DNA from: an uncultured Sphingobacteriales bacterium
GTDB taxonomy: Bacteria > Bacteroidota > Bacteroidia > CAILMK01 > CAYYUA01
NCBI GenBank assembly: GCA_964595485.1
Contig: CAZQQN010000001.1
Coordinates: 19,014-83,013 of the forward strand
Length of the DNA: 64,000 nt
Direction: 5' to 3'
How positions within the stretch are numbered: position 1 is the first letter of the stretch; every line of letters starts with the position of its first letter. Positions 56,739 to 64,000 of this stretch are shown here, one piece after another. A model generated the notes under the pieces. That model saw only the letters and a program-made list of their open reading frames with translations, did not search any database and had not been told where the DNA came from. A program made the translations under genes and the position numbers.

Positions 56739-57713
56739 ATGCGGGCCTTAATACTGGTTTTGGGTATATTTTTAATTCATCAATCTTGTGTACCTGCACG
56801 CAAGGCTGATGAGCTCCGTTCTCAAAATGACAGTCTCCGGCAAGTTGTGTCGGAATCTCAACAAAAAAACACCCGCTTGTCAGAAAAAAACGATAGCCTT
56901 GTCGAACTGAATAAAGATCAAAAAAGGATAATTACCAACTTAAGACAGGATACAACGCTCCTTGGTAAATCCATAAGGAAACAAAAAAAATTAAATAAGG
57001 AGCTGAATCAAACCTATGAACGATTAGTCAGCAATAAGCAGGAAATTATAAGTGATAAGGCTGGCAAAAGCAAAGATTTACTGAATGAATTAAACCAAAA
57101 AAAACGTGATTTAGAGGCTAAAGAACAGACGTTGAATAAAAAAGCGCGAAAGCTTGATCGCAAAACCTGGGAGCTGGACTCCGTGAAAAAGAGGCTTAAA
57201 ACAAGGGAAACCTTTATTCATAGGTTACGAGAAATAGTAGCAAATAAAGAGGCAACGCTGGATACCCTACAAAAGAATTTATCCGATACCCTCAAAAATT
57301 ATAATGAAGATGAGGTGACAGTGGAAAAACAAGATAACATGGTTAATGTTAGATTTAGCGAAAAGCTCTTTTATGACTCAGGACGGTATAAAGTAAACGA
57401 TTCTGCCAAAGCAAATCTTGGAAAATTCGCGGATGTTGTAAGTGCAAATCCTGCTATTGATATATTGGTCAAAAGCTATACGAATGATTTACCAATGGAA
57501 GATGCCTGCAAAGCAGCTGATCAAAATGACTTAAGCAGGTTAAGGGCTAATGAGGTTGTTAGCTATCTTTCCACTGAGGGAGCATTAGAAGCTGGTAGGC
57601 TTTCATCTGCCGGGTTGGGATTACGTGGTTATAGTGATGGAAAGGTGGCATTTATCCTGACCATTGAAAGTTCCCGGGTGGCTGAATTAATCCACTCATA
57701 TACAGAAAAATAA
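56739..57713 (+). CDS. OmpA-family lipoprotein with long coiled-coil region
   Basis: 324 aa. Lipobox LIHQSCV. ~170-aa heptad-rich region. C-terminal OmpA-like peptidoglycan-binding domain (NDLSRLRANEVVSYL). Confidence 0.7.
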   Translation: MRALILVLGIFLIHQSCVPARKADELRSQNDSLRQVVSESQQKNTRLSEKNDSLVELNKDQKRIITNLRQDTTLLGKSIRKQKKLNKELNQTYERLVSNKQEIISDKAGKSKDLLNELNQKKRDLEAKEQTLNKKARKLDRKTWELDSVKKRLKTRETFIHRLREIVANKEATLDTLQKNLSDTLKNYNEDEVTVEKQDNMVNVRFSEKLFYDSGRYKVNDSAKANLGKFADVVSANPAIDILVKSYTNDLPMEDACKAADQNDLSRLRANEVVSYLSTEGALEAGRLSSAGLGLRGYSDGKVAFILTIESSRVAELIHSYTEK

Positions 57714-57752
57714 AGTTAAATCATCAGCTTAGGTTAGTCAGGTTAATAAAAG

Positions 57753-60326
57753 CTAAAAATTTCTACGTTTCTTTTCGTATTCCAAGTCTTTCAGGACAGA
57801 AGATTTAGCGGTTATACGAAACATATAAAAATCCCTGTTTGTAAACGGCTGCCAGCGGAAACTCATTTTCCAGCAATGAAGGTCTCGGTTAATACTAACC
57901 TGGGAAGGTGCAAATTCCCCTTCTTGCATATTATAAGAAGTGTTGCCTGAAATTTTCCACTTATCTGTCAGGCTAACATTACCGTTAATTCTCAGGTTAT
58001 GACCGGTTATTTGACCTTCAAAATTACGTCTGCTGTAATTAAGGTTGTAGGTTAAGCTTAAATTCCAGGATAAATCAAAATCTACATAATGAAGGCTTGC
58101 CAGAGATGGATAACCACGCCTTTGAAATGGTTTTTGACCATTTTCAGTTTTAAAGGTTTTAGGATTCAAGCTGGTCCTAGCATTTAAAGAAAAATTGGTC
58201 ACACGCCCTAACTTACCATTTTCTTCCAGGCTAAGCTTTTCGACTCTTGTGGTATCCTTGGGATCGAGGTAATAAGGGTCAATGGTACCTCTAAGCTGGA
58301 TATTAATATTGTTTAGGATCCGGGTGTTGGCATCAAAGCTTATATTACTAAGGGGAAAGGAGTCTGCAAGAAAGTTATAATTAGCCCTTAAATTAAAATT
58401 ATCCAATAAGCTTATTTTTTTCGTTTTTGAGGCAGAATCATCGGTATCTTTTACTTTCATCTCCAGGTTATTATCAAGCGTAATGCTCATTGTTCCCTGC
58501 TCTTGACCGGGACGCCTACTATAAGGTCCTTCATAAGGAAAATAATTTTTTTGATTCCCCTCAGCTGTTTGGTAGCTGGCAAAGTTATCAAACCTTGGTG
58601 CGGTAAAGTCAGGGCTGTAAGTAAGGCTGACTCGCGGGTTTAGTACATGGCGTGCTGCAACTATCCCAAATTGGTTGATGTTAAACGTTCCATACAAATT
58701 AGTTGATAGGGATGTGCTGTAATCATAAGTCCTTACATTGTAGAAACCGGGTTTCTGACTTTTTAAAAGGGTGTCTTTTTCTTCGTCATAAGTCCTTTGT
58801 TCCTTTTTAAAAAAGAAACTTTCAAGGTAGTTGAAGGAGGGGTTGAGACTAAAATACTTTAGTACTTTAGCGCTTGTCGAATAACTGGCCTGATGCTGAA
58901 TCCCTCTTTGGAAATTCTGCCATGTATTTTGATTAAAAATATTTGTATCAGTGGTTTCAAGCCGGTTTTTAAAATTAGCTTGGTAGTTGATGCCGGAATT
59001 TTTAACAATACCCACATCTGAAGTTTGGAAAGGGCTTACCCGCCTCATGTTAAATGTGGCTTGTGGTAATGTGATGTTAAATGTTTGATTAGCGAGGTTT
59101 TGGCTATGACTGGCATTCAACTGAGCATTAAAAGGAGTACCTGTTATTTGATTGCTATAATTGATTCGGGAGTTTAACTGGTTCTTTTTCCTTGAGGATA
59201 TATTTTCTTGTTGATTAGTATATGCCTGATTACTTGCGATTTCTACATTTCCGCTAAAATTGGAGAAAGGTTGCGCCTTTCTTGCCTGGTTATGATTCCA
59301 TTCTATTATAAAAGCTTGTTCTTCCCTGTAATTCGGATCGCTTTCTTCCCCGAATTTATCGATACCAACTTCTAATTTTAACCGACCCTCGTTTTGGTAT
59401 CTTTTTTTATAGCGAGTTATTGTTTTAGCCCGCCAGCTCCCTTTTGAGAATATATTACCCGAGACTGTTAAGTCCATTTTATCATTGATGCCAAAATAAT
59501 AGCCCAACCCTTTCAGGAAAAAGCCCCTTCTACCATCCTCCCCGTAACTAGGTAAAATGATACCGGAAGATTGGTTTTGAGAGTTCGGAAAAAAGCCAAA
59601 CGGCAAATAAAGGGGCGTAGGAACGTCATTTATAACAAGGTTTGCGGGGCCTGAAATGATTTTATCATTAGGTATGGCTTTGATTTTATTGGCCTCTATG
59701 TGAAAATGGGGATCATCCTTGTCACAAGTTGTGTACTTAGCTTCGTTGGCAAAGGTTACGTCATTTTCATCTTTTTTGACTTCTTCTCCATGTAAATAGC
59801 CTTGCGCCTTTTCTGTTTTCAATCCGTAAAGCTTGCCTTTTTTTGATTTAAAATTGTAATCCATACTATCTGCCTCGAATTTTTGCTGCCCCTCTTTAAA
59901 AACGGGTCTTTGATTAACATTCCCGGATGTATCACTCAGTCCCCTTGCATGGATAATATTGGTTTCCCAATCCATTATTATTTTTCCGGATTTTAATTCG
60001 ATGGCTTTGTAGTTTACTTTTCCTTGATTGAAAAGGTTAGCATTCTTGGCTTGCAGATTGAACAGAACCGAATCCTTTGACTTGTACTTTACAGGCTTCT
60101 CCAATGCAGAACCACTAACCATGGTATCCTGTTTTGTATTTTGGGTTGAATCAGTTTCGGAAGTATCAACGATGGTTAAAGCAGAGTCAATTGATTTTGT
60201 TTGTTGATTTTTAGTGGTATCGGGGATACTATCGGTATTTTGTCCATTTAATTGGACAGGGCTCAGAACACAAAGCGTGAGAATCAGTTTAATGAAGCTG
60301 TTTTTTATACCTTTGTAAAGATACAA
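57753..60326 (-). CDS. lptD: large outer-membrane protein, putative LPS-assembly protein LptD (OstA family)
   Basis: 857 aa. Signal peptide. N-terminal OstA-like jellyroll segment (GKVNYKAIELKSGKIIMDWETNIIHARG...). Long aromatic-rich beta-strand region. Divergent from an amidase gene. Confidence 0.5.
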   Translation of the reverse strand: MYLYKGIKNSFIKLILTLCVLSPVQLNGQNTDSIPDTTKNQQTKSIDSALTIVDTSETDSTQNTKQDTMVSGSALEKPVKYKSKDSVLFNLQAKNANLFNQGKVNYKAIELKSGKIIMDWETNIIHARGLSDTSGNVNQRPVFKEGQQKFEADSMDYNFKSKKGKLYGLKTEKAQGYLHGEEVKKDENDVTFANEAKYTTCDKDDPHFHIEANKIKAIPNDKIISGPANLVINDVPTPLYLPFGFFPNSQNQSSGIILPSYGEDGRRGFFLKGLGYYFGINDKMDLTVSGNIFSKGSWRAKTITRYKKRYQNEGRLKLEVGIDKFGEESDPNYREEQAFIIEWNHNQARKAQPFSNFSGNVEIASNQAYTNQQENISSRKKNQLNSRINYSNQITGTPFNAQLNASHSQNLANQTFNITLPQATFNMRRVSPFQTSDVGIVKNSGINYQANFKNRLETTDTNIFNQNTWQNFQRGIQHQASYSTSAKVLKYFSLNPSFNYLESFFFKKEQRTYDEEKDTLLKSQKPGFYNVRTYDYSTSLSTNLYGTFNINQFGIVAARHVLNPRVSLTYSPDFTAPRFDNFASYQTAEGNQKNYFPYEGPYSRRPGQEQGTMSITLDNNLEMKVKDTDDSASKTKKISLLDNFNLRANYNFLADSFPLSNISFDANTRILNNINIQLRGTIDPYYLDPKDTTRVEKLSLEENGKLGRVTNFSLNARTSLNPKTFKTENGQKPFQRRGYPSLASLHYVDFDLSWNLSLTYNLNYSRRNFEGQITGHNLRINGNVSLTDKWKISGNTSYNMQEGEFAPSQVSINRDLHCWKMSFRWQPFTNRDFYMFRITAKSSVLKDLEYEKKRRNF

Positions 60327-60389
60327 ACTTTATCTTTTAGGACATTCAATGGCCATCAATAAAAAGGTTGAAGCCAATAAGTAAAAGTT

Positions 60390-61175
60390 ATGAAGTGGTT
60401 TAAGCTGTTCACCCTTTTAGCTACCTTTTTTGTTTTCGGATCGTTCAAGCCCTTGAATGACCCTACCCTTAAAGTGGATACTGTAGTCATCGATCCCGGC
60501 CATGGGGGATATGATTCTGGTTGTCGCAGTGCAGGGGTTATGGAGAAAGATATCGTACTTTCCATTGCTTTAAAGTTAGGCAAAATTATCAAGGAAAATT
60601 TAGATGACGTTGAAGTAATTTATACCCGCAAAACAGATAAATTTGTTGAATTATACGAGCGGGCAAAAATTGCTAACACAAACAATGCCGATGTTTTTAT
60701 TTCCTTGCATGTTAATGCCGCGGGCTCATCCAAAGTGCACGGGACGGAGTCTTTTGCCATGGGTGTTGATAAATCCGAAGCTAATCTTAAGGTTGCCAAA
60801 CGTGAAAATTCGGTGGTGCTGATGGAGGATAACTACGAAAAGAATTATGAAAATTATGATCCAAAGTCCCCCGAAAGCCACATCATTTTCAACCTTCAGC
60901 AAAATAAAAACCTGGATCAAAGCCTGAAATTAGCCTCTAATGTTCAGCATCAATTTGATGAACGTGTAAAGCGCCATAACAGAGGTGTTAAACAAGCAGG
61001 GTTTGTAGTGCTTTATAAAACTACTATGCCGAGTATTCTGATTGAATCTGGGTTCCTTACCAATCCTGCAGAAAGAAAGTACCTAACCTCCGAAAAAGGT
61101 CAAGTGTATGTAGCTTCCGGAATTTTCAGAGCTTTCAGGAACTACAAGGAAGAAATGAATGATAAATTGAATTAA
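60390..61175 (+). CDS. N-acetylmuramoyl-L-alanine amidase (Amidase_3 family)
   Basis: 261 aa. VVIDPGHGGYDSG...ISLHVNA Zn-binding Amidase_3 motifs. Confidence 0.85.
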   Translation: MKWFKLFTLLATFFVFGSFKPLNDPTLKVDTVVIDPGHGGYDSGCRSAGVMEKDIVLSIALKLGKIIKENLDDVEVIYTRKTDKFVELYERAKIANTNNADVFISLHVNAAGSSKVHGTESFAMGVDKSEANLKVAKRENSVVLMEDNYEKNYENYDPKSPESHIIFNLQQNKNLDQSLKLASNVQHQFDERVKRHNRGVKQAGFVVLYKTTMPSILIESGFLTNPAERKYLTSEKGQVYVASGIFRAFRNYKEEMNDKLN

Positions 61176-61271
61176 AAATTCTCTTCGGTTGATTGGGCCA
61201 TTACTTCAATAATCAAAAGGTAACCCTTCATTAGCAAATCCCTTTAAGCCGTATTTTTAATAAATAGTGCC

Positions 61272-61279
61272 TAATTTTG
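61272..61279 (+). promoter_or_regulatory. -7 element TAATTTTG upstream of mlaD-like gene
   Basis: TAnnTTTG match 19 nt before the TTG start at 61298. Confidence 0.35.
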
Positions 61280-61297
61280 ACCAAAATTTAAAGCGGT

Positions 61298-62269
61298 TTG
61301 AAAATTAGAAACGAAACCAAAGTTGGTCTTCTGGCGGTCGTATCCATTGTATTATTAATCTTTGGGTATAGCGTAATTTCAGGCAACAAAATATTTTCCT
61401 CTAAACATTACTATTATGCCCAATATAAAAAAATAAACGGTTTACAACTTTCCAATCCGGTCATGCTTAATGGCTACAAGATAGGGGAAATTGAAAATAT
61501 TGGCATTGAAAATCCGACAAAAGGGGGACTGCTTGTAAGGTTTTCAGTTAAAAAAAAGGTTAAAATTCCCAAAAAAAGCGTGGCTAAGATCTATAACTCC
61601 AGTCTATTGGGATCTAAAGCCTTAAAATTAGAGTTAGCAGATTCAGTTGATGTTTTTCATAAGCCTGGCGACACCATGCGAGGCGAAAATGAACTAACCT
61701 TGAGCGAACAGCTTTCCCCCATTAGGACTAAAGCTGATACAATCCTAAGTGCAATAGATACCATGGTATCTACTGTAAACGCTGTTATGCGAGAAGGTGG
61801 TAAGCAAAACATAAAGGCTAGTTTGGCTAACTTTCGCCAATCCATTGAAAATCTGAATAATATTTCGGATTCTTTGAATTCCTTACTTGTCAGTAAAAGT
61901 GACAATTTCAGGAAGGTTATCAATAATACAGCAGCCATAACTGATAACCTGAAAGCGAACACAAAGCAAATTGATAATGCCCTGAATAATTTCTCTAATA
62001 TTTCTGACTCTTTTGCAGATTCCGATATCAAAGCAACATTGGCTAAGACGGATAGTTTTGCAGAACAACTGAATGCTATTGCTGGCAAAGTCAATGAAGG
62101 GAACGGAAGCGCAGCTCAGTTTATCAATAATGATACCCTTTATAACAACCTGGAAAAAACTTCCCGGGAATTAGATAACTTGGTGAAAGATTTACAGAAT
62201 AACCCTGCTAAGTACTTGAACTTCTCTATAATGAATATCAACAAGGATAAGGAAGAGAAGAGAGAATAA
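61298..62269 (+). CDS. mlaD: MlaD/MCE-family protein (TTG start)
   Basis: 323 aa. MKIRNETKVGLLAVVSIVLLIFGY TM plus MCE domain, then a long coiled-coil C-terminal region. Confidence 0.7.
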   Translation: MKIRNETKVGLLAVVSIVLLIFGYSVISGNKIFSSKHYYYAQYKKINGLQLSNPVMLNGYKIGEIENIGIENPTKGGLLVRFSVKKKVKIPKKSVAKIYNSSLLGSKALKLELADSVDVFHKPGDTMRGENELTLSEQLSPIRTKADTILSAIDTMVSTVNAVMREGGKQNIKASLANFRQSIENLNNISDSLNSLLVSKSDNFRKVINNTAAITDNLKANTKQIDNALNNFSNISDSFADSDIKATLAKTDSFAEQLNAIAGKVNEGNGSAAQFINNDTLYNNLEKTSRELDNLVKDLQNNPAKYLNFSIMNINKDKEEKRE

Positions 62270-62357
62270 TCAATCCCGGCTTAATTGGAAAACAAGCTTG
62301 AAAATTTTGATAAGTTACTGGATTGTTCGATATTTGCACTTCTAAAATAGCGGTTTT

Positions 62358-62597
62358 ATGTCAAAAGTTTGCGAGTTATCCGGTAAAAAGCCATTAGTGG
62401 GCAATCATGTAGCTCACTCAAATAAGAAGACTAAAAGGCGCTTTAACCCAAATTTGCAGGAAAAGCGTTTTTATATTCCGGAGTTAAACCGTTGGGTTAA
62501 GTTAAAAGTATCCAATAAAGCCCTTCGGACAATTAATAAAAAAGGCATTTACCAGTACATCAAAGAAGTTGAAAAGCAAGGTAAGAAAATACTATAG
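62358..62597 (+). CDS. rpmB: 50S ribosomal protein L28
   Basis: 79 aa. MSKVCELSGKKPLVGNHVAHSNKKTKRRFNPNLQ is canonical bL28. Confidence 0.9.
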   Translation: MSKVCELSGKKPLVGNHVAHSNKKTKRRFNPNLQEKRFYIPELNRWVKLKVSNKALRTINKKGIYQYIKEVEKQGKKIL

Positions 62598-62600
62598 GTT

Positions 62601-62789
62601 ATGGCTACTAAAGGTAAAGGTGATAGAAAACAAGTGATCTTAGAATGTACAGAACAAAAAAACTCTGGTGTTCCGGGAATGTCCAGGTATCATACAGCCA
62701 AAAACAAGCGGAATTCACCTGAGAAGCTTGAGGTTAAAAAGTATAATCCTTATTTGAGGAAGCATACCATTCACAAAGAAATAAAGTAA
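62601..62789 (+). CDS. rpmG: 50S ribosomal protein L33
   Basis: 62 aa. [20 protein letters not shown]...[10 protein letters not shown] is canonical bL33. Confidence 0.9.
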   Translation: MATKGKGDRKQVILECTEQKNSGVPGMSRYHTAKNKRNSPEKLEVKKYNPYLRKHTIHKEIK

Positions 62790-62794
62790 AGCAG

Positions 62795-62944
62795 TATGGC
62801 TAAAAAATCAGTAGCAAATCTCCAGAAAGAGGCAGCAAATAAGGTAAAGCTAATCAGGTCTGTTAAAAATCCTGAAACAGGTCGTTATACCTTTAAAGAA
62901 GAAATGGTACCGAAAAGTAAGGTTAACGAATACGTAAAAAAGTA
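62795..62944 (+). pseudogene. DUF4295-like small gene (expected ~49 aa) whose middle codons are readable only in the +1 frame; apparent double homopolymer frameshift
   Basis: ATG 62795 and TAG 62942-62944 are in frame (150 nt). Frame 0 reads MAKKSVANLQKEAANKVKLIRSVKNPETG then stops at 62894 (GSLYL*). The +1 frame from 62880 reads GRYTFKEEMVPKSKVNEYVK. The shifts coincide with a GGG run (62879-62881) and an A5 run (62936-62940). Confidence 0.35.
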
Positions 62945-62986
62945 GTAAACCTAATTTTCTGAACGGCTGTAACGTACTCAATGAAT

Positions 62987-63019
62987 TAAAAAGCTTCCAT
63001 TTGCGGAAGCTTTTTTTGT
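62987..63019 (+). terminator. rho-independent terminator after the rpmB-rpmG-DUF4295 unit
   Basis: Stem AAGCTTCC (62990-62997) / GGAAGCTT (63005-63012), loop ATTTTGC, then T7 (63011-63017). Confidence 0.6.
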
Positions 63020-63034
63020 TTAAAGCAGGTTTAT

Positions 63035-64000
63035 ATGGGAATATTCGATGCCTTCAAATCCGGTAAACAAAAAGGCGAAGAGGAAAAAAAATATTCGGAA
63101 CATTCTGAGGGGGAGCAGTCTCAAAAAACGTTGGGGGAAGGACTTGAAAAGACCAAGTCTAATTTTTTCTCAAGAATTGGTAAGGCTGTTGTTGGAAAAT
63201 CCAAGGTGGATGAGGATTTATTGGATGAGCTTGAGGAAATTCTGGTGGCTGCGGATGTTGGTGCTGATACCACTGTCAAGATCATTGAACGACTGGAAAA
63301 TCGTGTAGCTAAAGATAAATATTTTTCGGCCAGTGAAGTGAATCAAATGCTCCGTGAAGAGATACAGGGGCTTATGCTGGAACGTCAGCAAAAAGATTTT
63401 GAGGACTTTAAAGTGCCGGAAAATGAAAAGCCTTACATAATAATGGTAGTAGGGGTGAATGGTGTAGGAAAGACCACTACGATTGGGAAATTAGCTCATC
63501 AATACATGAGCAAAGGTTACAGCGTTTTACTTGGCGCTTCGGATACCTTCCGGGCTGGTGCTGTTGATCAGTTGCAAGCCTGGTCAGAGAGGGTTAATGC
63601 TCCGATGGTCAACCGGGGTATGAATTCAGACCCTGGTGCTGTGGCGTATGATGCTGTTAATTCAGCCCAGTCTCAAGGCTATGATGTGGTCATATTGGAT
63701 ACTGCCGGACGCTTGCATAATAAAAAACATCTTATGGAAGAGTTGGGGAAGATCAAGCGAGTAGTCCAGAAAGTAGTGCCTGATGGCCCACAGGAAGTTA
63801 ATCTTGTATTAGATGCCTCAACCGGACAAAATGCAGTTGAGCAGGCTCGCCAATTTCTCGATACAACGGAAGTAAATACCCTGACCCTGTCTAAACTGGA
63901 TGGAACCGCTAAAGGTGGAGTGGTGATAGGTATTATTGATCAGTTCCAGATCCCTATCAAGTATATCGGCATTGGTGAAAAGATGGAAGACCTGCGGGTT
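63035..64000 (+). CDS. ftsY: signal recognition particle receptor FtsY (5' part; continues past the window end)
   Basis: From ATG 63035: MGIFDAFKSGKQKGEEE... acidic N-terminus, then NG domain with MVVGVNGVGKTTTIGKLA, DTFRAGA, DTAGR. Confidence 0.85.
   Translation, partial: MGIFDAFKSGKQKGEEEKKYSEHSEGEQSQKTLGEGLEKTKSNFFSRIGKAVVGKSKVDEDLLDELEEILVAADVGADTTVKIIERLENRVAKDKYFSASEVNQMLREEIQGLMLERQQKDFEDFKVPENEKPYIIMVVGVNGVGKTTTIGKLAHQYMSKGYSVLLGASDTFRAGAVDQLQAWSERVNAPMVNRGMNSDPGAVAYDAVNSAQSQGYDVVILDTAGRLHNKKHLMEELGKIKRVVQKVVPDGPQEVNLVLDASTGQNAVEQARQFLDTTEVNTLTLSKLDGTAKGGVVIGIIDQFQIPIKYIGIGEKMEDLRV

Noticed and set aside
63048-63308. 86-aa plus-strand ORF (MPSNPVNKKAKRKK...)
   Set aside because: It is out of frame within the 5' region of ftsY, whose true frame starts at 63035 and contains the NG-domain motifs.
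1-64000. Search for CRISPR arrays, IS elements/transposases, integrases, phage genes, toxin-antitoxin pairs, tRNA/rRNA genes and riboswitches
   Set aside because: No direct-repeat/spacer arrays and no DDE or tyrosine/serine recombinase-like ORFs are present. No intergenic region shows tRNA cloverleaf signatures such as a GTTCGAATC T-arm. Intergenic gaps are short and the gene content is core-like, so no mobile or defence island is supported.

Overview
This window is a Bacteroidetes-type chromosomal segment. That assignment rests on TAnnTTTG -7 promoter motifs with short leaders, T9SS C-terminal sorting domains, a PgQC-like lipoprotein, and a gldE/ssb/mutY arrangement. About 55 protein genes are packed tightly on both strands. 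They include gltX (partial), nnr, anmK, a biotin operon (bioB-bioF-bioD-bioA plus a KAS I/II-like ketosynthase and an alpha/beta hydrolase, with no bioC/bioH), and a heme cluster (fused hemA-hemC, hemD, a HemQ/chlorite-dismutase-like gene, hemL). There are also LPS-core glycosyltransferases (GT4/GT9), cinA, a standalone 2-oxoacid dehydrogenase E2, phzF, tsaB, an S41 Ctp peptidase, yidD-rnpA-rpmH, gldE-ssb-mutY, an HU gene, RNase G, OmpA/LptD-like/amidase/MlaD envelope genes, rpmB-rpmG-DUF4295 and the start of ftsY. I found no CRISPR array, transposase, integrase, tRNA or rRNA. The least housekeeping-like part is 3.5-13.2 kb: an amidohydrolase lipoprotein followed by two co-oriented ~1300-aa T9SS cargo proteins. 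One is an FG-GAP/ASPIC-like protein with SprB-type repeats; the other carries a complete PAP2/vanadium-haloperoxidase active-site signature followed by Ig-like repeats. Three small genes are missing from the ORF track: a bS22-like 30-aa ribosomal protein, rpmH on the minus strand, and a DUF4295 gene that appears doubly frameshifted. Other notable points are SerB-SerA and GNAT-nitrilase fusions, an orphan sigma-54 regulator, and several secreted proteins predicted to begin with Gln next to a glutaminyl-cyclase-like lipoprotein.
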